A stretch of 64,000 nt of DNA. Origin: an uncultured Pseudomonadales bacterium (GTDB lineage: Bacteria > Patescibacteriota > Microgenomatia > UBA1400 > CG1-02-47-37). Positions 19,172 to 28,240 of the stretch are shown here, piece by piece (position 1 is the first letter of the stretch; each line of letters starts with the position of its first letter). Made by a program: the position numbers and the translations under genes. A model generated the notes under the pieces. It was not told the DNA's origin. It was given only the letters and a program-made list of their open reading frames with translations, and did no database searches. The DNA is taken from assembly GCA_964630755.1 (NCBI GenBank), contig CAZVYS010000001.1:25893-89892 (forward strand). The letters run 5' to 3'.

Positions 19172-20841
19172 TAGGTCATGAGAACTGTTTTGACTTTTAG
19201 TTGGAGGGATTTTTGGTTGTTCCAGACGTTTTTATCGAGAGTGTAGACAAGATCAATTGGTTGATTTTCTGATAAGTCTTTGGCTAGATAGCCGTGGTTA
19301 AAAGCAATGGCATTTACCTTCAAGGAGTCTCCCTGTAGGCTTAATTTAAGATGTTTTTGGTCTTGGCCGACGGTGCGAAAACTAGCTAAAGAGACTTTTT
19401 TAGAAATAAAGACTGGCCGAGGATTGCCAAAACCAAAGGGGCGTAGTTTTTCAAGGTCATCATATAATTCCCAGTTAATGTCAGAAAGATTAAGCTCTAG
19501 GTCAACCTCTAGGATTGGAGTGAGTTGTCTTTCTGTTAGTTGCTTTTCAGCTAAAGCAGTTAATTTTTTCTTCACTTTTTCAAGATTTTGATTTGCAACC
19601 GTAAAGCCAGCAGCCATTGGGTGACCGCCGTGTTCAAGTAAGTCTTTTTCAATAGATCTAATATTTTTAATGGCATTAAAGCCTTTAATCGACCTAATTG
19701 AAGCTTTGGAAGTGTTTTTGCCAAGAGCGACTACAATGCTAGGTCGATGATATTTTTCAGCCAAGCGACTGGCAACTAGACCAACTAAACCTTCATGAAA
19801 AGTTTTGTCTGCTACGAAAATGAGCTTTGGCATTTGATTTTGATTTAGCTTGGAGACTTTGTTGGTAATGTTTTTGGCATGAAAGTACATATCTAGAGTT
19901 TGGGTTTGACGAGTCTGATTGGTAAGGTTCACGGTTTGGGCTAGTTTTTTAGCCTTGTTATTATCGGTGGTGCAAAGTAACCTCAATGAATCTAGGGCAT
20001 GAGATAAACGCCCCATGGCGTTAAGCCGAGGACCAATAACAAAACTGGCCTGATAGGCTTCAAGGTCTTGGAGTTTAAAACCAGCTTCATCAGCTAGAGC
20101 AATTAGACCGGGTCTTTTAGAACTTTGAAGTTTTTTTAAACCAAATTTAGCAATAGAGCGATTTATACCCACTAAAGGCATCATGTCAGCAATAGAACCA
20201 AGGGCAACTAAACTTAAGTGTTGAGGGATATTTTTAAGAAGCTTTGAAATCTGCCAAGCAACGCCAACGCCAGCTAGCTTAGTAGAGTGAACGATGGAGT
20301 GAGCTTTGGGAAGTTTATTACCCTTTGGTTGATGGTGGTCAGAGATAATAACTTCAATGCCTAGTCTATTGGCATAATCCACTCCTTTAAAGGCCGAGAT
20401 ACCGTTGTCAACGGTGATGATAAGATCGGGCTTTTTCTTTTTTAAAGAAATAATCTCGTCAATGCCCTGAGGAGATAAACCGCGGATTTTATCATCTCGG
20501 GGTGGAATATATGGTAAAGCATTAGCTTTTAATTGATAAAGTGTTTCCCACAAAACAGCGGTGGCGGTTACTCCATCAGCGTCAAAATCTCCGTAAATAA
20601 AGATCAGTTCTTTATTTTTAATAGCTTTTTTAATTCTTGTAACTGCTTTTTTGAGTTGAGTTGAATTAATTTCTAAGTCTTTAGGGGAAAAGTTGATTGG
20701 ATTTTCTGGGCTTAAAAATTGGTTTTGGAGTTTTTTGGATATAAGACCTCTGTTAATTAATAAAGCCTGGATGATTTCCTGGCGGCGTTTATTGAGACTT
20801 TTAGTTTTTAGTTTAGATTTTATTTTTATCTTTTTATCCAT
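19171..20841 (-). CDS. recJ: Single-stranded-DNA exonuclease RecJ
   Basis: YGDFDADG, TVDNG, DHH, GPRLNAMGR, GGHPMAAG, PFGFGNPRP. Confidence 0.96.
   Translation of the reverse strand: MDKKIKIKSKLKTKSLNKRRQEIIQALLINRGLISKKLQNQFLSPENPINFSPKDLEINSTQLKKAVTRIKKAIKNKELIFIYGDFDADGVTATAVLWETLYQLKANALPYIPPRDDKIRGLSPQGIDEIISLKKKKPDLIITVDNGISAFKGVDYANRLGIEVIISDHHQPKGNKLPKAHSIVHSTKLAGVGVAWQISKLLKNIPQHLSLVALGSIADMMPLVGINRSIAKFGLKKLQSSKRPGLIALADEAGFKLQDLEAYQASFVIGPRLNAMGRLSHALDSLRLLCTTDNNKAKKLAQTVNLTNQTRQTQTLDMYFHAKNITNKVSKLNQNQMPKLIFVADKTFHEGLVGLVASRLAEKYHRPSIVVALGKNTSKASIRSIKGFNAIKNIRSIEKDLLEHGGHPMAAGFTVANQNLEKVKKKLTALAEKQLTERQLTPILEVDLELNLSDINWELYDDLEKLRPFGFGNPRPVFISKKVSLASFRTVGQDQKHLKLSLQGDSLKVNAIAFNHGYLAKDLSENQPIDLVYTLDKNVWNNQKSLQLKVKTVLMT
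19317..19339. repeat. Family-A palindrome in-frame in recJ (encodes LQGDSLK)
   Basis: CCTTCAAGGA-GTC-TCCCTGTAGG. Confidence 0.8.
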
Positions 20842-20886
20842 AAGAGATATAATCATAACAGATAATAATACAAATATTTAAGAAAA

Positions 20887-21615
20887 ATGAATTTACGTCT
20901 GAAAAATTATAAGAAAATTAGAACTCCGTTTGTATTTTTAGATGAAACTGGATCAATAAACTCAAAAGCAGAAAGATTTTTTGGAATTGGAATGATTAAG
21001 TGCATGCAGCCATTTTTTTTAGACTCAAGCATTAGATACATTAGGCAAAAATATAAGCTTTATGATGAAATAAAGTGGAATACTATTTCTAAAGCAAAAA
21101 TGGCTGTTTTAAAAGAAATAATTAAAACTATTTTTGAAACTCCAGGAATTTATTTTTCTTCCTTAATTATTAATAAAGATGATGTTAATTTTGAAATTGA
21201 GTTTAATAATAATCCATATTTAGCATATCAAAAATTTTCAGAAGAGTTGCTAAAAAATAGTATTAGTCAAACAGAAATATTAACGGTTTTAGCTGATTAT
21301 ATTGATACGCCTAAATCAGTTAGGTATGAAGTAATGGTAAAACATCAAGTTAATCAAGCACTAGATCGACTAGCAATCGGGGGCATACATAGAGTAGATT
21401 CAAAAGGGGTAAATTTAATTCAAATAACTGATTTATTTTTAGGAGCCGTAGTGTATAACTATAAAATTGACAATAAATTAGTAACTGGAGACAAGAATAA
21501 AATAAAAATACTACAATATATTCAGTCAGGGTTAAAGATTAAATCTTTAGGTCAATCTATAAACGTAAAAGGGTTTAAAGTATTTGAATACAATAAAAAA
21601 GGGCCATCATCCTAA
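20887..21615 (+). CDS. DUF3800 family protein (RNase H-like fold)
   Basis: VFLDETG near N-terminus, EIKW, VDSK...IQITDLFLG near C-terminus. Confidence 0.75.
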   Translation: MNLRLKNYKKIRTPFVFLDETGSINSKAERFFGIGMIKCMQPFFLDSSIRYIRQKYKLYDEIKWNTISKAKMAVLKEIIKTIFETPGIYFSSLIINKDDVNFEIEFNNNPYLAYQKFSEELLKNSISQTEILTVLADYIDTPKSVRYEVMVKHQVNQALDRLAIGGIHRVDSKGVNLIQITDLFLGAVVYNYKIDNKLVTGDKNKIKILQYIQSGLKIKSLGQSINVKGFKVFEYNKKGPSS

Positions 21616-21630
21616 CGGTTGACGCCCTAT
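21595..21630 (-). ncRNA. Candidate small antisense hairpin RNA overlapping the DUF3800 3' end
   Basis: Minus strand GGGCGTCAACCGTTAGGATGATGGCCC then TTTTTT, directly downstream of a consensus promoter. Confidence 0.55.
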
Positions 21631-21636
21631 TATTAA

Positions 21637-21664
21637 ATTATATAACAAAAAGCCTGAATGTCAA
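21637..21664 (-). promoter_or_regulatory. Consensus sigma70 promoter pointing into the DUF3800 3' end
   Basis: TTGACA (21664-21659), 16-nt spacer, TATAAT (21642-21637). Confidence 0.7.
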
Positions 21665-21667
21665 AAA

Positions 21668-23041
21668 ATGAAAATTAAGCTTCCAGGGCCAGTAAAAAAA
21701 GTAATTAAAGTGGTAGAAAAAGCAGGCTTTGAAATATATATAGTTGGAGGGGCGGTTAGAGATATATTAACTGGTAAAGAAGTTAAAGATTGGGACCTAA
21801 CCACAAATGCAAAGCCTGAAGAGATAACTAAGTTATTTAAAGACTCGTTTTATGATAATGATTTTGGCACAGTGGGGATAGCTGAAAAGCACTTGGGAGG
21901 TAAGGATGAGGGAGTTTTAGAGATTACTACCTTTCGAACTGAATCAAGTTATTCTGACTCTAGACGCCCTGATAAAGTTAAGTGGGGTAAAAGTTTAGAT
22001 GAGGATTTAACTAGACGAGATTTTACTATCAATGCCATGGCAATAAAAATCTCCAGCCTACAAGGATCATCCTTAAAGGTTGAGATAATCGACCCATTTA
22101 AAGGACAAAAGGATTTAGAAAAAAGATTAATTAGGGCGGTTGGTGACCCAGATAAGCGGTTTAAAGAAGATGCTTTAAGAATGATGAGGGCGATTAGAAT
22201 CGCAGCAGAACTTGGTTTTACCATTGAAGCTAAGACCTTAAAAGCGATTAGCACGGATGCTAGATTACTAAAAAAAATTGCCAAAGAAAGGGTTCGAGAT
22301 GAGTTGCTTAAGATTATTGTTTCAAAATTTCCTAAAGATGGAGTGACTTTGTTATATACCAGCGGACTACTACAATTTATTATTCCAGAGTTAATTGAAA
22401 CTCGAGAAGTTGAACAAGCTGGGCATCATACTAAAGATGTATGGAACCATAGTTTAGACGCGATGGCTAACTGTCCTTCGCCTGATCCAATTATTCGCCT
22501 TGCTACCCTACTCCATGATGTTGGCAAACCAAGGTCAAAAAGAAATCGAGGTAAAGGCAAAGAAATTACTTTTTACAATCATGAAGTGATTGGGGCCAGG
22601 ATGGTAAAAGATATTGCCAGGAGACTAAAGATGAGTAAAAAAGAAATAGACTTACTCTGGTTACTGGTGCGCTGGCATATGTTTGCTTATGAACCCAAGA
22701 TGACAGACAAAGCGATTCGAAGATTTATTAAACGAGTCTCGTTAGAAAATATTAATAAAATGATGATGCTTAGGATTGGAGACCGGATTGGCGGGGGTAG
22801 TAAAGCTACTTCCTGGAGATTAAGAGAATTACAACAACGAATTGGTGAAGTGCTTTATACGCCGATGCAGATAAAAGACTTAAAAGTATCTGGTCACGAT
22901 GTAATGAAGATAAAAAAAATTAAAGGTGGGCCAGAGATTGGAAAAATTTTAGAAAAGCTGTTTGATGAAGTAATGGAAGATAGTAGCAAAAACAACAGAA
23001 AGTATCTTTTAAAACGGATTAAAGAAATAAATCCAAAATAA
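21668..23041 (+). CDS. cca: CCA-adding tRNA nucleotidyltransferase with HD domain
   Basis: VGGAVRD, DWD, EITTFR, RRDFTINAM, EDALR, LLHDVGK. Confidence 0.9.
   Translation: MKIKLPGPVKKVIKVVEKAGFEIYIVGGAVRDILTGKEVKDWDLTTNAKPEEITKLFKDSFYDNDFGTVGIAEKHLGGKDEGVLEITTFRTESSYSDSRRPDKVKWGKSLDEDLTRRDFTINAMAIKISSLQGSSLKVEIIDPFKGQKDLEKRLIRAVGDPDKRFKEDALRMMRAIRIAAELGFTIEAKTLKAISTDARLLKKIAKERVRDELLKIIVSKFPKDGVTLLYTSGLLQFIIPELIETREVEQAGHHTKDVWNHSLDAMANCPSPDPIIRLATLLHDVGKPRSKRNRGKGKEITFYNHEVIGARMVKDIARRLKMSKKEIDLLWLLVRWHMFAYEPKMTDKAIRRFIKRVSLENINKMMMLRIGDRIGGGSKATSWRLRELQQRIGEVLYTPMQIKDLKVSGHDVMKIKKIKGGPEIGKILEKLFDEVMEDSSKNNRKYLLKRIKEINPK
22057..22079. repeat. Family-A palindrome in-frame in cca (encodes LQGSSLK)
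   Basis: CCTACAAGGA-TCA-TCCTTAAAGG in the loop between INAMA and IDPF. Confidence 0.75.
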
Positions 23042-23103
23042 AAAAAGTGCCAAGTGAAGAATGGGTTTAAGATTAAAAATCTTAAAAACAAGCTCCACTT
23101 GGC
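23040..23103 (-). terminator. Long hairpin plus U-tract between convergent cca and secF
   Basis: GCCAAGTGAAG (23049) / CTCCACTTGGC (23093) with inner TTTAAGATT/AATCTTAAA; A run at 23040-46. Confidence 0.55.
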
Positions 23104-23129
23104 TTACTTCTAACTTGGAGAATAATTAT

Positions 23130-24017
23130 CTAGTTATTTCTTTTCTTAGACTTAAACTCTTCCCATAAGACCAGTAAAGGGGCGGCGGTGAAGGTTGAGG
23201 AATAAGTGCCGGAGATAGTACCGATTAGTAAGGCAAAAATAAACCATTTGGTGGTCTCGCCACCTAGTAAGTAAAGCGAGAGTAACATAAAGATAATAGT
23301 TAAGGAATTATTGACTGATCGACCTAGAGTTTCGGTGACGGCCTTGTTAACTAGGTCTGTATAAGGCATCTTAGTATGAAGAGATTGAGATTCTCTGATC
23401 CGATCATAAACTACGATGGTGTCATGAACTGAAAAAGAAAGAATAGTTAAAACAGCGGTTACAAATAAGGCGTCAACTTCAATCCCTTGAGTGGCGCCTA
23501 GAAAACTAAAAACTCCGATTAAGATAAAAGTATCATGAAGCATGGCTAGGATAGCACAAACGCCGTATTTTTTATCTTTGAACCTGAATGTCACATATAA
23601 AAGAATAAAGCCGGCTGCCAAACTAACGCCAATCAAGGTTTTTCTAATTAATTCTTTACCTAGAGTAGGCCCTAAGGTTGAAAAGCTAATCTCCTGAGTA
23701 TCTCCTAAAGAAGTAGTTAGTTCTTGTTGCAAGGTTTTATTTTTGGTTTGATCGAATTCTTGGGCTTTAATAATAAAGGTGTTTTCTCCTGTGCTTTGAA
23801 CGCTATGTAGATCAATTATTTTTTTAGATATGTCTTCAACTTGATCGACTGTGATGTCTTCAACTTGAGTAGGCTTGATGTTTAATTCAAGTAAAGTGCC
23901 ACCAGTAAAGTCTACGGCTGGTTTTAATCCATAATTAACTAGATAAAAGGCGCTCGGAATTAAAAAAAACAAGGAGATTATAAAATAAACTAGTTTGTAT
24001 TTCATGAAGTTAATCAT
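23130..24017 (-). CDS. secF: Protein translocase subunit SecF
   Basis: VDFTGG, LGPTLG, HD, SVHDTIVVYDRIRE, GTYSS; start MINFMK. Confidence 0.95.
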   Translation of the reverse strand: MINFMKYKLVYFIISLFFLIPSAFYLVNYGLKPAVDFTGGTLLELNIKPTQVEDITVDQVEDISKKIIDLHSVQSTGENTFIIKAQEFDQTKNKTLQQELTTSLGDTQEISFSTLGPTLGKELIRKTLIGVSLAAGFILLYVTFRFKDKKYGVCAILAMLHDTFILIGVFSFLGATQGIEVDALFVTAVLTILSFSVHDTIVVYDRIRESQSLHTKMPYTDLVNKAVTETLGRSVNNSLTIIFMLLSLYLLGGETTKWFIFALLIGTISGTYSSTFTAAPLLVLWEEFKSKKRNN

Positions 24018-24021
24018 ATGA

Positions 24022-25434
24022 TTATCCTGTAGGGAGACTCCTTCCAGTTTTGCTGTCCCGATTTGGCCGTTGGCCAGATCTCCTGTCAAGGAGTCTCCCT
24101 CCAACTCTCATTAGAGATCTAGTTACTATGACTCCTGTAAACAAACTAATAATCACTCCAATAAACAAAGTTAAGGCAAAGCCTTTGACCATTCCAGAAG
24201 TATTTAGAAAGTTAAAGTTAAAAGGATTAATTAAGACTAAGCTTGTAATGATTGTGGCAAGATTGGCATCTTTGATTGAGTCCCAAGCTCGACCAAAACC
24301 CAATTCTAAAGAAACAGCAAAAGACCGACCAGCTCTTAACTCTTCTTTGAGTCTTTCAAAAATTAAGATATTTGAGTCAACGGCCATGCCGACTGACAAA
24401 ATAAAACCGGCAATGCCTGGTAAAGTTAAGGTAACTGGAATTAATTTATAAATAGTTAAAGTAATCAAACCATAAATTAATAAAGCAATATTAGCTAACA
24501 TTCCGTTTAGTCCGTATAGCAAAACCATAAAAAGCATAACTAAGCCTAAACCAATGGCTCCAGCAGTGATTGATTTAGTGATTGAGGCTTCTCCCAAGGT
24601 AGCGGAAATGTTTTTTTGTTCAACAACCTTAATAGGAACTGGTAAAGCCCCAGCGTTAAGCATGATAGATAATTCTGAAGCGGTTTCGGGGGTAAAGTTG
24701 CCAGAAATGACGGCTCGACCATCAAGAATTGGCTCGTTAACCATGGGTGAAGTAACTAAACGGTTATCTAGGAAAATAGCGACTGGTCGGTTTAAATTAC
24801 GAGAGGTAATGTCGGCAAATTGCTTTTTGCCTTCTTCTGAAAACTCTAAAGCAACTACTGGTTGATTGGCGGCTGATTGACCCTGAGAAAATTGGACTGA
24901 GGCTTTTTTTAGATCTTTGCCAGTCAAGCCGGTAGAAGTAAAGTTGAAAATACGGGTAAAAGCTGATGGGCTAGCGTAATTAACTTCAGCTGAATCAGTA
25001 GCAGTATCTTCCCTGAAATCTAACTGGGCAGTTTGACCGATTAAGTTAATAGCCGTAGATATATCCTGAATTCCAGGAAGCTCAACAATAATCCGGTATG
25101 AATCATCATGAATAGAAGTTTGTATTGATGGCTCTGACACCCCGTAGAGATCAACCCGGCGAGAGATAATTTCTTTTGAAGAGTTAATAGCATCAGGGAT
25201 ATCTTCTTTTTGAAGTGAGGACATATCTGCCTCTAAAACTAGATGAGTACCACCTTGAAGATCAAGTCCTTTTTTTAATTCAAGAGTTCGAGAGTTAATG
25301 GTAATTTTGGGAATATTAAAGTTTATTTCTCGATTTTTAATCTTAAAATTGACTGGAATAGCAGGAAGGTTGAGATAAAGGCAGACTAAAACTAGAAGTA
25401 TAATAAACCACAATCGGCGGACAGAATTTTTCAT
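24022..25434 (-). CDS. secD: Protein translocase subunit SecD
   Basis: GLDLQGG, IVELPG, AGALP, GMAVDSNILIFERLKEE. Confidence 0.96.
   Translation of the reverse strand: MKNSVRRLWFIILLVLVCLYLNLPAIPVNFKIKNREINFNIPKITINSRTLELKKGLDLQGGTHLVLEADMSSLQKEDIPDAINSSKEIISRRVDLYGVSEPSIQTSIHDDSYRIIVELPGIQDISTAINLIGQTAQLDFREDTATDSAEVNYASPSAFTRIFNFTSTGLTGKDLKKASVQFSQGQSAANQPVVALEFSEEGKKQFADITSRNLNRPVAIFLDNRLVTSPMVNEPILDGRAVISGNFTPETASELSIMLNAGALPVPIKVVEQKNISATLGEASITKSITAGAIGLGLVMLFMVLLYGLNGMLANIALLIYGLITLTIYKLIPVTLTLPGIAGFILSVGMAVDSNILIFERLKEELRAGRSFAVSLELGFGRAWDSIKDANLATIITSLVLINPFNFNFLNTSGMVKGFALTLFIGVIISLFTGVIVTRSLMRVGGRLLDRRSGQRPNRDSKTGRSLPTG
24027..24104. repeat. Two degenerate family-A palindromes plus a small hairpin forming the SecD C-terminal tail
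   Basis: CTGTAGGGA-GAC-TCCTTCCAG (24027), TGGCC-GTT-GGCCA (24064), TCAAGGA-GTC-TCCCTCC (~24086). Confidence 0.65.
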
Positions 25435-25619
25435 TTTTCCGAAATAGAGCTTTCCAAAGACAACTGTTTAGCGCCCTTAAAAGTATAAATTACTTGACCA
25501 GTGTCTAGCTTAGTTTTAACTTTCACATTATCTCCAATTTTAATGCCAACTGATTTAACAAATTTTGACGGGACAGTAACGCCGACTGAGTTGCCGACCT
25601 TCATGACCTTATTTAACAT
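25431..25619 (-). CDS. AbrB/MazE/SpoVT family DNA-binding protein
   Basis: KVMKVGNSVGVTVP...IGIKIGD-type motif; ATGA overlap with secD. Confidence 0.8.
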   Translation of the reverse strand: MLNKVMKVGNSVGVTVPSKFVKSVGIKIGDNVKVKTKLDTGQVIYTFKGAKQLSLESSISEK

Positions 25620-25684
25620 ATGTAAACGCTATTCATTAAGGTCCGGCCTTTAAGCTAAAGCTTCAAGAACAGACCTTGCTCCTT

Positions 25685-26269
25685 TCAGGAGACCATCTCC
25701 TCTTCATCGCCTATAAGCATGACTCGACCTGATGAAAGAATTTTTTGTAAAAACGGGTCTCTTCTAGATTTACGGAACTCGAATTCTTCTAAAGTCATTG
25801 GAGCATAATTAATTTCTTTTTCTCGTTTTGATTCTGCTCTTCGCACTAGTTTATTTAGCTCACTAACGACAACGCTACCGACTAATAATAAATCGATATC
25901 GTCGTCTGCTTTTCGAGGCATTTGACGAGCATAACGACCGGCTAACATGGCAAATTTTACATTTCCAAGTTTATTTTTATGCTTGATAATGTCCGCGCCT
26001 AAACCTGTGGTTTTTGCAACTAAACTAATTAATTCTTGATAAAAAGGATAAGTTTTAATAAAAAAGTAATAAAGCCGATTGGCTCGAGGCTCTTTTTTAA
26101 CCATGCCTCTTTCTTCCATTCTTTTTAGTTCTCTTCTAACAGCGTTTATTTCTTCGTTAGTTTTTCTAACTAACTCACGAACGTAATAAATTTCTGAAGG
26201 ATCTTTAAGAAAAACTTGAATTAATTTAACTCTAACCTTTGAGACAAATAAATCTTTCAGGCTGGCCAT
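25685..26269 (-). CDS. Winged-helix protein with C-terminal nucleotidyltransferase-like region
   Basis: SKVRVKL..YVREL..INAVRREL HTH, then DIDLLLVG and REINY. Confidence 0.65.
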   Translation of the reverse strand: MASLKDLFVSKVRVKLIQVFLKDPSEIYYVRELVRKTNEEINAVRRELKRMEERGMVKKEPRANRLYYFFIKTYPFYQELISLVAKTTGLGADIIKHKNKLGNVKFAMLAGRYARQMPRKADDDIDLLLVGSVVVSELNKLVRRAESKREKEINYAPMTLEEFEFRKSRRDPFLQKILSSGRVMLIGDEEEMVS

Positions 26270-26299
26270 AGGCCTCCTTTTAGGCAGGAAACAATATTG

Positions 26300-27496
26300 T
26301 TAATAACTAACTTTCGTTCCAGTAGGCAGACCAGAAATCCAGATTTTACCTGGGTTAAACTGAACCTCTTTGCCTTTTGAATCATAAAAGACAGTTTTTC
26401 TTAGACGGCTGACTTTACTAAAGGTTCCAGTTTCGACTTGACCATTTTTGATAATCAAGGCCTTGCCTTTACCAATGGTGCCATACAATAAATGGACATT
26501 GCCTGGATAACCATCGTTAGCTGACCTTTCAGTCATAAACTGAATAACTAAGTTTTTGGTAGTTAACTGTTGATCGACATTTAAGTCCATATGGGGCTTC
26601 CCACCATTGAGGCGCTTATAAAGATTGTTTTCTTTGTCATATTGCCAGCTAACTTCGTACATGGCATCATCCCAAAAATTATAATCTATAGATTGAGTGT
26701 CCTCTCTATCAGCAAAGTCTGGTTCTTTTTTTGAAAAACTCCAACTAACGTAACCGTCGATCCATTCTTCTTCATCTGGATCAAGATTGGTGTAGTCTCT
26801 TTTTTTACCAGCTTGCCAAAGTTTTTCTGTGGTACTGTACATGGTATGTTCGGTGGCGACTGTGCGCCCAAGTCTTTCATAATCACGCCAAAAAGTAGGA
26901 TAGCCAATTGAAAATTGATTTAGATCATTAGCGCCTGACCAGCCATAATCTGAAATTTGGCCAAGGGCATTAGCTGGTCCTGGAGTGTTGGCGCCACCAA
27001 CGTGGGCATATAATGGAACGTTGTATTCAGAAGCCCAGTCTAAAAAGTAAGTACGAGCACTTCTGACTGGACCAAGGATAGATTCATAGGCGGCTGCTTG
27101 ACAGTAATATATCGCCATAAAGCGAGTGATGCCGCCTTCGGCAACTGCTTCGTAAACAATGTCAGCGTCTGAAATGCCAGATTGAGGCCTTGATTCTTCA
27201 TGGTTCTCGATCATGACGGCGAGTGGACGACGAGATTCCCAAATAGATTTCTCTGCTTTGGTAAATTTGGCTCCGTTTAATGGACAAGATTCTGATTGTG
27301 AACCAGTGATATCAATAAGGGCTTTTCTGTTAGAATTCTCGTCGCTTTCCTGATCTTGTTTTCCACTTGGTAAAGGAGAAGTGAAGATAGTGCCACTGCC
27401 ATAAGCAGAAAAGACAGCGTAAGATAATCCAGTGGATAATAAATAAATACCTAAGCTTAATAGTATTAAAAGAGCTTTTTTCTTTTTGTTTTCCAT
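26300..27496 (-). CDS. DUF3048 domain protein
   Basis: RPLAVMIEN, RPQSG, ADIVYE..EGGITR, GPVRSAR. Confidence 0.85.
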   Translation of the reverse strand: MENKKKKALLILLSLGIYLLSTGLSYAVFSAYGSGTIFTSPLPSGKQDQESDENSNRKALIDITGSQSESCPLNGAKFTKAEKSIWESRRPLAVMIENHEESRPQSGISDADIVYEAVAEGGITRFMAIYYCQAAAYESILGPVRSARTYFLDWASEYNVPLYAHVGGANTPGPANALGQISDYGWSGANDLNQFSIGYPTFWRDYERLGRTVATEHTMYSTTEKLWQAGKKRDYTNLDPDEEEWIDGYVSWSFSKKEPDFADREDTQSIDYNFWDDAMYEVSWQYDKENNLYKRLNGGKPHMDLNVDQQLTTKNLVIQFMTERSANDGYPGNVHLLYGTIGKGKALIIKNGQVETGTFSKVSRLRKTVFYDSKGKEVQFNPGKIWISGLPTGTKVSY

Positions 27497-27512
27497 ATGA
27501 ATCCTTAATTAT

Positions 27513-27974
27513 TTATTTGGCATTTTTAATAGCTTTTTTTTCTTCTTCTGATAATTTAGAGCCTTCGGGTTGGCCGTTTCTAATTGTTTTGGCGTAAAAC
27601 CGAGTAGTGTCTCTTGAGTGTAATGAGCTTAGCACAAAACCAGTATCTTTTTCATCTAGTAAACTTAAACTAAAGCTTTGATCGCCTCCTGTTTGAGGAA
27701 AGGGATTAAAACGAACAAAGCCTATTTTTTGGATATGGGCTTCCATGCCTTTACGAGCTTTTTTTAGAGCCGCAGTTAAATTTGTTAAATCTTTTTGGTT
27801 AAGATCAACTTTGTTTAAAATCTCAGTTAAGACTGTTTTTAAGTCTTTTTTGGTAATATTTTTTGTTAACTTTTTATAATGAACAATCGAGCGGATTAGA
27901 AAAATAGTTAAAACGACTATCCACAATAATAGTCCCAAAACAACCCATTGAATGATATTGGAATCGAGTACCAT
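27513..27974 (-). CDS. DUF4446 family protein
   Basis: TM plus coiled coil, IGFVRFNPF..GGDQSFS, YAK, LSEEE. Confidence 0.85.
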   Translation of the reverse strand: MVLDSNIIQWVVLGLLLWIVVLTIFLIRSIVHYKKLTKNITKKDLKTVLTEILNKVDLNQKDLTNLTAALKKARKGMEAHIQKIGFVRFNPFPQTGGDQSFSLSLLDEKDTGFVLSSLHSRDTTRFYAKTIRNGQPEGSKLSEEEKKAIKNAK

Positions 27975-28039
27975 ATGTTTTCGATTTTGATGCATTTATT
28001 GAGATTTGTCAACGGGATACAAACAGATATAATAATCTT

Positions 28040-28240
28040 ATGACAAAAAGACGAACTAAGAAGCAAAAAATCAAAGCAAGAGAGAGAAAACATATTTACA
28101 AATATAAGCCAGAAGAAAAAATAACTCGGGTTCAAGAGAATGGAACAAAAAAACTAATAATTAAAGATCTATTAAAAACTGTGTCAGTGACAATAATATT
28201 AATTGGATTGCTGATGGGAATATTTATTTTCTTAAACTAG
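28040..28240 (+). CDS. Small basic protein with C-terminal TM helix
   Basis: ORF track; TATAAT 6 nt upstream of ATG. Confidence 0.55.
   Translation: MTKRRTKKQKIKARERKHIYKYKPEEKITRVQENGTKKLIIKDLLKTVSVTIILIGLLMGIFIFLN

Noticed and set aside
24018-24104. N-terminal extension of SecF (MEGDSLTG...)
   Set aside because: Arises from palindromes in the secD tail with a TTG start; ATG 24017 gives a normal SecF
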